Source: Octopus sinensis (taxonomy: Eukaryota). Taken from it: a stretch of 7,819 bases of DNA. The stretch lies in contig NW_021828659.1 in assembly GCF_006345805.1 (NCBI RefSeq), positions 1 through 7,819 on the forward strand, in the 5' to 3' direction. The notes beneath the pieces are model-generated. The model had not been told where the DNA came from. It ran no database searches and worked only from the letters and a program-made list of their open reading frames with translations. Position numbers and translations under genes: made by a program. The first letter of the stretch is position 1. Each line of letters begins with the position of its first letter. Shown here piece after piece: positions 1 to 6,893 of this stretch.

Positions 1-516
1 TTAACAATTTCAACTTGGTTGTTTTGCTTATTATTTTTTCAAATACAATTTGAAGAGATAACAGGCAATTTTACCATCACACTGTGTTCTTTATCGCTTT
101 GCTGTCATCACATTGATTCATAATAATACATCCGAGATAACAAACTAATTCACCATATGACAGTTTTGATTATCAACTGACAGATTGATTATCAATTATT
201 ATAAGATTATCTTGATCATATGTTCCTGACATAATCATTGATTCACTTTTGTCAAAATCAATCAATAAATAATTTTTTCTTTCACTTTTTTCTTTCGTGT
301 TCTTCGTCAAATTTTTCAATGATTCTAAGCTATCACCAATAATGATAATGTCATCGATATATCTGAGATTTCATTTATTCTATATCTTCAAAGCGTTCTG
401 GAACTTTCCTCATTACAATTTTTGCGTAAATATTAATCAGAAAAGGAGAAAAGATACATCCTTGTTACACCCATGGTTAAATTTCAAACTATCAGCGATT
501 TCAAACCATGGTGTCA
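1..516 (-). mobile_element. Decayed RTE-clade non-LTR retrotransposon, RT C-terminal part (runs off the left edge)
   Basis: Minus-strand translation gives QGCIFSPFLINIYAK (~423-464) and NLRYIDDIIIIGDSLESLKNLTK (370-302). These match the RTE/BovB-type RT motifs GVRQGCILSP-LFN-Y and NLRYADDTTL-AES as I recall them. Many stops and frameshifts. Confidence 0.85.
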
Positions 517-886
517 TCTCTATATATATAAACGGCAAAATGTCTGTGCCCGTGCGTGTCCTTTATACAAATCCACATTTTTTCAGTCAGAGGGCTCGCA
601 CTTTCTATGGTCATTCAAAACCGTCCAAGGGTGGTCGTGCACATCTTTTCAGTTCCCTAGTCACCCCTGCAAAGCCATTAAAAAAATCAATAGAAGTTAC
701 TTTTTTGTGAATTTTCTATCCAAAACCTAATCAAAATGCCCGAAACTTGATACGCCAATTGAATGCCAGCTAGCTGTATGTGATTGGTCGGAGATTTGGA
801 CAGTACTCGCGTGTATGTGCGCACGCACGCAGCTGTATATGCATGCACTAGCACTATGACCCAGCAACGCCGGGTCATAGTGCTAG
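517..886 (+). mobile_element. Non-autonomous Helitron-type element, 370 bp
   Basis: Starts TCTCTATATATATAAA after an A (516). Ends with a GC-rich hairpin CCCAGC-AAC-GCCGGG (860-874), then CTAG (883-886), followed by T (887). No TSD. Removing it rejoins GTGTCA|TCGATATAT, which matches the uninterrupted paralogous RT sequence at 349-361. A|T target, 5'-TC, 3'-CTRR and subterminal hairpin are the canonical Helitron hallmarks. Confidence 0.85.
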
Positions 887-1635
887 TCGATATATATGAG
901 ATTTTACCTATTTTAACTTTCTTCGAAACGTTTTAGAAATTTTCTCGTTACATTTTCTGAGTAAATATTAACCATAGAAGGAGAAAGGATACATCCTTGT
1001 CATACCCAATGTTAAATTTCAAACGACCAGACGACAGCCACGTTAGTTCTTACTGCTAACGTTTGCTAAGAATAAAATGATTTTAATGATTCTATAAAAT
1101 ATCGAGGAAATCCTATTTCTATCAACACAGACCGTAATTTACTATGAATAACTTTGTCAAAAGCTATTTGGGAGTCAATAAAAATAATAAATAATTCATC
1201 ATGTTCTCTAGTTTTTTTTGCATAACCATGTTTAGCTTAAGAATAGTATCTTCTCGTTCCTTTATCATTTCTAAAACCATTTCGTTCCTCTGTTATTTCC
1301 ATTTCGTATTTGGCTTTACTTCTGTCGGAAATTATTGTATATAGCATTTTACTAACATAATTTATCAGCGTATTCTTTCTTTTCGTTTTAACCCAGCATC
1401 GTGTCTCGTTGATTTAGTCCAATCATTTCACCATAAATTTTGAACTGCCTATTTTTATGCACAGACAATGTAACAATTTCACTAAAGCAGTTTCCTTCGC
1501 GAGTTTTCCCAAATCTTATATATTCCACGACTTTTGTTGCTTTATCAGAATATTCGAGTTTTGTTAGTTGTTTTTTTATATATTTTTCTGCTTTTGTTTT
1601 TTATTTCATACTTTCTATGAAACATAATTTTCACT
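887..1635 (-). mobile_element. Decayed RTE-clade LINE, RT N-terminal and central domains
   Basis: Minus-strand peptides, frameshifted: W*NDWTKS (~1420-1445), KMLYTIISDRSKAKYEMEITEERNGFRNDKGTR (~1350-1255), IFIDSQIAFDKVIHSKLRSVLIEIGFP (1186-1105), V*QGCILSPSMVNIYSENVTRK (~1005-940), NLIYID (904-887). Order and spacing follow RTE/BovB ORF WPQDWKRS...AGFRKGRGT...FIDYAKAFD...GVRQGCILSP...YADD. Confidence 0.88.
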
Positions 1636-2080
1636 TACTTTTTTACTCTTTTAGTTGTTTCAGTCATTTGAATGTGGCCATACTGGAGCACCGCCTTTAG
1701 TCGACCAAATCGATCCCAGGACTTATTCTTTGTAAGCCTAGTACTTTTTCCATCGGTCTCTTTTGCCGAACCGCTAAGTTACGGGGACGTAAACACACCA
1801 GCATCGGTTGTCAAGCGATGCTGGGGGGACAAGCACAGACACACAAACACACACACACACACATAATATATATATACAAATATATACAAATATATATACA
1901 TAATATATACAAATATACGGCGGGCTTCTTTCAGTTTCCGTCTACCGAATCCACTCACAAGGCTTTGGTCGGCCCGAGGCTATAGTAGAAGACACTTGCC
2001 CAAGGTGCTACGCAGTGGGACTGAACCCGGAACCATGTGGTTGGTAAGCAAGCTACTTACCACACAGCCACTCCTACACC
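1636..2080 (-). mobile_element. tRNA-derived SINE, family A (CORE-like central block), near full length
   Basis: On the minus strand: A-box-like TGGCTGTGTGG near the 5' end, B-box GGTTCAGTCC (2027-2018), CORE-like CCTTGGGCAAGT, internal microsatellite and A-rich 3' end. Head 1921-2075 differs from 6183-6337 at 7 of 155 positions by my count. Possible decayed TSD ATAATTTT (1624-1631 and 2084-2091). Resembles octopus OR-type CORE-SINEs (recall, not searched). Confidence 0.9.
1834..1918. repeat. (CA)n / (TA)n compound microsatellite internal to the SINE
   Basis: ACACAGACACACAAACACACACACACACACATAATATATATATACAAATATATAC...; an equivalent, shorter tract lies at ~6340-6388 in the second family-A copy. 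Confidence 0.9.
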
Positions 2081-2164
2081 TAGATAATTTTGAATACGCT
2101 CTATCTGACTGCCATCTGTTGCTTTCTTGTATATGCAGTAGCTTTTTTTTTTTTTCATTTTAAA
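2081..2164 (-). mobile_element. Probable short RTE linker remnant between two SINE insertions
   Basis: Minus strand reads RWQ...YSKL (2117-2085), at the position expected for RTE KKRWQEYTEELY between the flanking segments. Weak match. Confidence 0.35.
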
Positions 2165-2376
2165 GGCGGCGAGCTGGTAGAATCGTTAGCACACCGGGCA
2201 AAATGCTTGGTGGCATTTCTTTCGTCTTTACCTTCTAAGTTCAAAAGCCTCCGAATTCAACTTTGCCTTTCATCCTTTCGGAATCGATGAAATAATTGCC
2301 AGTTGCCACTTGGGTCAATGCAATCGATTCAGCCCCTCCCCAGCAATTTCTTGTGCCTCTGTTGGAAAGGGTTATT
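2165..2376 (+). mobile_element. tRNA-derived SINE, family B, diverged copy
   Basis: GGCGGCGAGCTGGTAGAATCGTTAGC head with A-box-like motif and degenerate B-box AAGTTCAAAAGCC (~2237-2249). Body TTTGCCTTTCATCCTTTCGG aligns with 6450-6592 and 6622-6844. No clear TSD. Confidence 0.85.
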
Positions 2377-2470
2377 CTTTTGCAGCTTAACTTTATGTAC
2401 TTCCTTCGTAAAGCATATTACCATTTTTTGTCTTTCACAGCATCAGTTCTTGGTGCAAATTTTCCTGAGA
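2377..2470 (-). mobile_element. RTE LINE linker segment, 5'-most part of the minus-strand block
   Basis: Minus strand reads SGKFAPRTDAVKDK(frameshift)GNMLYE, matching the RTE linker motif (BovB-like GTFHAKMGSIKDRNGMDLTE). Confidence 0.65.
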
Positions 2471-2653
2471 AAGAAATCTAAAAGAAATAAATCAATTACT
2501 CCAAAAGATGTCATCATTCTTATCAAAGATGAAAATTCTACGGAACAAAAACTAGCAGCAAAAAATCAACACCTTTGAACAATTTCGGTTTAAGCATTAG
2601 GAATGGACAAAGAGAGCGTCTACTTAAATTCTAGGAGTCAAACAAACTTTATA

Positions 2654-3219
2654 TTGGGTTGTCCGGAAAGTTCGTGCCGATTTATAGTAGCTTACCTTTC
2701 GACTTATTTTAGAACATGGTTGAGTCCATAAAATAGGGTTTGACTACACCTCCATTTAGAGCACAGTTTAAGCTATCTTTTCGTGGAAGAAGGTTTGTGT
2801 TCTTATAACCTGTGTTAATTCTGTAGCCCTTTAAAATGGAAGATAAGAAAGTTCATTTTCGGCACTTGATGCTTTGGTAACCAGACAAAAATTGCTGCAG
2901 CTCGGCTGGGATGTGTTACCCAACCCTCCATTTTCACCAGATGTTGCTTCTTCGGATTTCCACTTATTCAGGTCTCTGCAGAATAGTCTTAATGGTAAAA
3001 ATTTCAATTCCTTGGATGACGTAAAAAGATACCTTGATGAATTCTTTGCCATGAAACCACATCAGTTCTGGGAAGATGGTATTTTCAAGTTAAAGGAAAG
3101 ATGAAGATGCATTGTGCAACAAAATGGTTCAAATTTGGTTGATTAAAAATGTAGTGGCAAGTATTTATTGACCTTTTTCTTTCGTTTAAAAATCGGCACG
3201 AACTTTCCGGACAACCCAA
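2654..3219 (+). mobile_element. Internally deleted mariner transposon (mellifera-subfamily-like), 566 bp
   Basis: Perfect 30-bp TIRs TTGGGTTGTCCGGAAAGTTCGTGCCGATTT (2654-2683 and reverse complement 3190-3219). Flanked by TA (2652-2653) and CA (3220-3221, mutated TA TSD). Contains both transposase termini. Confidence 0.95.
2836..3146 (+). pseudogene. Mariner transposase pseudogene: N-terminal 13 codons fused out of frame to the C-terminal catalytic end
   Basis: ATG 2836 gives MEDKKVHFRHLML, then a stop at 2878. Frame from 2874 gives LVTRQKLLQLGWDVLPNPPFSPDVASSDFHLFRSLQNSLNGKNF...GIFKLKER*RCIVQQNGSNLVD*. This carries the HPPYSPDLAPSDY-type motif with the third catalytic Asp; W codon mutated to TGA at 3102; native stop 3144-3146. 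Confidence 0.92.
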
Positions 3220-4366
3220 CATTTCCAATACATAATTTAACCAGCATCATAAATACTTTAACATATGAATTTCTCTTGATCAGAAGTGTTGAACTAAATA
3301 GACTACTTTGTAGTCCAACGGCGATGGGAAAGGAGTGTTAATAAAGTTAGGTGCTGAATTCAATTGTTAGCATCAGGTTATTGTTGTCAAATTACAGTGT
3401 TATAGCAATAAAAGAATTAAAACACCGAGAAAACACGATCATTAGAAATTAATAAAACACTGAAATTTTAGAAAATAAAACGGTAACAATTTTAAACACT
3501 TTAGCAATGTGAAAAAAAAGGATACCCTGTAGAACTGGAGAATAAAACTAAAAATGTGGTTTTGAAAGAAGCAGAAAAATATTATCAAAGTAAAAGTTGA
3601 AACGACTGAAGTGGATAACAGACGCGACATTAGATCAAACCGAAGAAAGAAGAACTGTTAAAAAAAAAACAAAAAAAAAAACAGCTGAGCAATGAAATTC
3701 AAACCGTGATGACAGAATTCAAACGGGAAAGCATCAACAAAATTTGTAAAGATAGAAAGAAAAAAATAAACACTTCAATAACAAACAACTATAATAGAAC
3801 TTTACAAAACGAGGAAGCTAATAAAATTTTGTGTTAAGAAATAACGGCAGAAGTACATTAGAAATAATATAAAGTCAAACTAAAACGTGTAACTCGGAGA
3901 CACCTTCTGCAGTGGGTAAGTGGGTGTCATCGTGTCTAATAAAAATGGAGCATTAACAGTTTAAAGTACAATAAAATGTGATGAGAATGAATTAATATCA
4001 TGCTGTTTCTAATGCTACTTTATTTTGTTAAGTATAGGAGATAACTTTAGACATGCAGCAGACTCACGTTGATGTGTTTACGCCCGAATTGTTAAGAGTA
4101 CATAAAACAGTGTATAAGTCTTGACCTGGAGAAAAAGAGAATTGTTTAGAAAATAATTAGTCCTGATACACCATCCATATGACGTTAACAATACAGCAAC
4201 ACTCCAGCAATAAATATAATTACTAAATTGCAGTAAAATTACAACTAGATGGCACTACTTAGATGGTAAACTAAGGTAAATGGGTGTCATATTTAGAACA
4301 TTAAGTTAAACACTACGGAAATGAGTGATCACAATATTAGTCGATCAGGCTATCTATAAAAAGTCA

Positions 4367-4780
4367 TAAATCAAAATAAGCAATAAGGATATCCAGAGGT
4401 AATGCAGTACGATCGTTTCATGCAACTCCATTTAATTGAACAATGCAATCATTTCATTACACCAATTTAAAATGTAGTGCAATCTTCAGCTGCACAAAGA
4501 CGTAGAATTTAATTAAATTAGAACAGGAGGACACATTATTATAACTATGATGTTGTTAGTACAACATGTTCTTTGTCTATCTCCTTAACTTCTTGGAGAT
4601 TTTAGGTAAAATTATAATAATGTGTCCTTCTCTTCAAATTTAATTAAATTCTATGTCTTTTTGCAGCTGAAGATTGCTCTACATTATAAATTAACGTAAT
4701 GAAATGATTGCATTGTTCAATTAAATGGAGTTGCATGAAATGATCGTGCTGCATTATCCTTGTTGCATATTTTGATCTTA
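4367..4780. mobile_element. Foldback / long-TIR MITE-like element of unknown superfamily
   Basis: Arms 4367-4544 and 4612-4780 are inverted copies, including a perfect 45-bp stretch (4416-4460 vs 4696-4740). 10-bp insertion TCCAGAGGTA in the left arm; 67-bp spacer. The inverted repeat is certain; element identity and exact ends are inferred and no TSD beyond a possible TA is visible. Confidence 0.7.
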
Positions 4781-5111
4781 ATCACCTTATTTTGAAATTG
4801 TATAAATAATACCGTGCTAAATTCTGGTGATCAGAAATGTAAAGGGTAAGTTCTAGCATTTTCAAATTTATAATTCTCGAAATATTATGTTGACAAAGGA
4901 AATGAATTTTTATAATTCTAATCACAGAACGCGTCCATATTAATCGAAGACTGATTGACTTCATTATTTTTCTTCTTTTACTATGTGAGTTACAAATATT
5001 GTTATCTGTGGAGACATATTTTGTAGGAAAAAGAAATATCAGTCTTTTGGCTGCTATTTCTAAATTTTCGGTATGTGGTGAGGCAACTTGTTACTAAACC
5101 CTTAATTATTG

Positions 5112-5112
<1 letters not shown>

Positions 5113-5160
<48 letters not shown>

Positions 5161-5224
5161 CACACATATATATATATATATATGTAATATATATATTGTA
5201 TAATATATGTGTATATGTATATAG

Positions 5225-5271
<47 letters not shown>

Positions 5272-5284
5272 TCTATATATATAT
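5113..5284. repeat. (TA)n microsatellite, imperfect
   Basis: Long TA runs with occasional CA/TG/AA interruptions. Confidence 0.97.
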
Positions 5285-5535
5285 AGCGGGACAGCCATCT
5301 GAATGTGGCTAGGGACAGGGCGGGGTGGTGGGGGTGTTACTGATGCATTTAGCCCAGGCGACTATAGACGTCACCAGGAGAGCGGCTCTCCTGGTGACGT
5401 CTATAGTCGCCTGGGGCTAAATGCATCAGTAACACCCCCACCACCCCGCCCTGTCCCTAGCCCATTCAGATGGGGTCCCGCTTATATTACAGAGCAGTTA
5501 CTGTTTATACACCCGCTTTAGAGATTTATTATTAT
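5285..5535 (+). mobile_element. Palindromic element with unpaired 3' tail, copy 1 (candidate Penelope-like inverted-pLTR insertion)
   Basis: GC-rich arms 5285-5383 and 5385-5482 around a single G (5384), about 4 differences. Followed by tail ...GCAGTTACTGTTTATACACCCGCTTTAGAGATTTATTATT. Shares ordered blocks with 6894-7240. Palindrome seen directly; class inferred. Confidence 0.6.
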
Positions 5536-5632
5536 TATATTATATATAATTATAGTATATATATATATATATATATATATTATAGATATATATATAATAT
5601 ATATATATATATAGTATATATATGTAATAATG

Positions 5633-5664
<32 letters not shown>

Positions 5665-5707
5665 ATAATATATGTATATGTATATATATATATATATTAT
5701 ATTAATC

Positions 5708-5746
<39 letters not shown>

Positions 5747-5867
5747 CATATATATCCATATAAATATATGCATATATATTTAGATATCTGTATATATAGA
5801 TATATACATACACAGACAGAAGCACGCACACACACACTCACGCACATATGCACATACACACACATAC
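5530..5867. repeat. (TA)n microsatellite grading into a mixed (CA)n tract
   Basis: Imperfect TA runs to ~5805, then CACA/CGCA/CATA repeats to ~5867. Confidence 0.95.
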
Positions 5868-6182
5868 GAGATCTTTTTAAAAAGAGACCAAACATTTAAG
5901 AAAAATATATTTATTGCTTCATTTACAATTTAATTAAATATTTTTCCCTTCTAAATAGTTCCCTGCAACTGCTCATAGTTTTCCTCCTTTGTCATTTTCT
6001 CCACCTTTTGCGGGGAACGCTTCCTGGAACGCGTTTTGAAGAGTAATACATAGTTTTCACAGGGAATTTGAATTATTGTTCGGTCTGTTATATTATCTGA
6101 AATCGATCACATTTCAGGATTGATTTCAACGTTGGGAAGAAGGAAAAAAACAAACGTCCACTGAGTCCACATCCAAAGAGTT

Positions 6183-6449
6183 AGGAGTGGCTGTGTGGTA
6201 AGTAGTTTGTTTACCAACCACATGGTTCCGGGTTCAGTCCTACTGCGTGGCACCTTGGGCAAGTGTCTTCTACTATAGCCTCGGGACGACCAAAGCCTTG
6301 TGAGTAGATTTGGTAGACGGAAACTGAAAGAAGCCCGTCGTATATATGTATATATGTATATGCGTGTGTGTGTTTGTGTGTCTGTGTTTGTCCCCCTAGC
6401 ATTGCTTGACAACCGATGCTGGTGTGTTTATGTCCCCCGTTACTTAGCG
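6183..6449 (+). mobile_element. tRNA-derived SINE family A, 5' part (3' end replaced by family B sequence)
   Basis: A-box-like TGGCTGTGTGG 6188-6198, B-box GGTTCAGTCC 6231-6240, CORE-like CCTTGGGCAAGT 6253-6264, internal microsatellite. Matches the reverse complement of 1636-2080 up to CTTAGCG (6443-6449). Confidence 0.92.
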
Positions 6450-6592
6450 TTCTGAGTTCAAATTCCGCTGAGGTCGACTTGCCTTTAATCGTTTCTGGGT
6501 CGGTCAAATACAGTAGCAGCGGAGTACTGGGGTCGACGTAATCGACTTACCCACTAGCCTGAAATTGCTGGCCTTGTGCCAAAATTTGAAAC
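6450..6592 (+). mobile_element. SINE family B, 3' part starting just before the B-box
   Basis: TTCTGAGTTCAAATTCCGCTGAGGTCGACTTGCCTTT...GGGGTCGACGTAATCGACTTA aligns with 6682-6781; A-box half absent. Confidence 0.85.
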
Positions 6593-6621
6593 TAGAAATT
6601 TGTTAGATTATATTCAACCGA

Positions 6622-6844
6622 GTTGGCAGAAACGTTGGCGTGACGGGAGAAATGTTTAGCGGCATTTCGTCTGTTGTTACGTTCTGAGTTCAAGTTCCGC
6701 CCAGGCCGACTTTGCCTTTCACCCTTTCGGGGTCGATAAAATAAGTATCAGTTTCGCACTGGGGTCGATGTAATCGACTTAATCCCTTTATCTGCCCTTG
6801 TTTGTCCTCTCTATGTTTAGCCCCTTGTGGGTAGTAAAGAAATA
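6622..6844 (+). mobile_element. SINE family B, near full length, with 13-bp TSD
   Basis: Perfect direct repeat TATATTCAACCGA at 6609-6621 and 6845-6857. Head GTTGGCAGAAACGTT, B-box GAGTTCAAGTTCC 6686-6698; homologous to 2165-2376 except for a different 3' end. Confidence 0.92.
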
Positions 6845-6893
6845 TATATTCAACCGATTTAAACGTCTTCAAATAAAATGTAAGTAATATTTA

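Larger units (their letters stand above)
2475..3830 (+). mobile_element. Decayed RTE LINE AP-endonuclease C-half plus linker, interrupted by mariner at 2654-3219
   Basis: Plus-strand peptides: TPKDVIILIKDEN (~2499-2537), NNFGLSIRNGQRERLLKF*ESNKLY|ISNT*FNQH (across the mariner), IDYFVVQRRWERSV (~3299-3340), GAEFNC*HQVIVVKL (~3350-3395), KWITDATLDQTEERR (~3609-3653), LSNEIQ...INKICKD (~3686-3752), ELYKT (3797-3811). Collinear with RTE/BovB TPKKDVLFIIGDWNAK...NQIDY...GADCGSDH...KWLSEE...LNAEFQ...RDLFK. Confidence 0.8.

Noticed and set aside
160-215. TTGATTATCAA repeated at 166-176 and 185-195
   Set aside because: Two short AT-rich units inside the decayed LINE; local slippage explains it.
297-878. 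ORFs 297-710, 473-730 and 687-878
   Set aside because: They run antisense to the RT remnant or across the Helitron junction, and show no recognisable domain.
1440-2578. ORFs 1440-1700, 1672-1866, 2090-2290, 2296-2481, 2303-2578
   Set aside because: They cross SINE or LINE boundaries. Only the tail of 2303-2578 (TPKDVIILIKDEN) reflects a real, dead endonuclease frame.
3901-3925. TTCTGCAG-TGG-GTAAGT as a 3-nt microexon; also AG|GTAAGT-like donor near 4845
   Set aside because: No polypyrimidine tract, partner exon or coding context; such motifs are common by chance.
3840-4230. Possible further RTE endonuclease N-half on the plus strand (VGVIVSNK at 3920, NELIS, VYAR at 4076 in one frame)
   Set aside because: Motifs are short, spacing is 52 codons versus about 39 expected from the RTE sequence I recall, and stops intervene. 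A tBLASTn/HMM search against RTE endonucleases would be needed.
4242-4257. CTCF-like motif CAACTAGATGGCACTA, and a similar CAACAGATGGCAG on the minus strand at ~2109-2121
   Set aside because: Only partial consensus matches; the second overlaps probable LINE codons. Not supportable without ChIP or conservation data.
5002-5895. ORFs 5002-5298, 5303-5521, 5470-5763, 5707-5895
   Set aside because: Ile/Tyr-rich products of TA microsatellites or stop-free reads through the GC-rich palindrome.
5950-6110. About 50 stop-free codons on the minus strand (..LFKTRSRKRSPQKVEKMTKEENYEQLQGTI*) as a possible exon
   Set aside because: No recognisable homology, no convincing splice-site pair, and the length is expected by chance.
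6183-6250. tRNA gene
   Set aside because: A and B boxes are present but there is no cloverleaf or acceptor stem, and the sequence continues into SINE body; same for the other SINE heads.
6107-6872. ORFs 6107-6412, 6211-6507, 6690-6872
   Set aside because: Antisense translations of SINEs; such peptides recur as false gene predictions in SINE-rich genomes.
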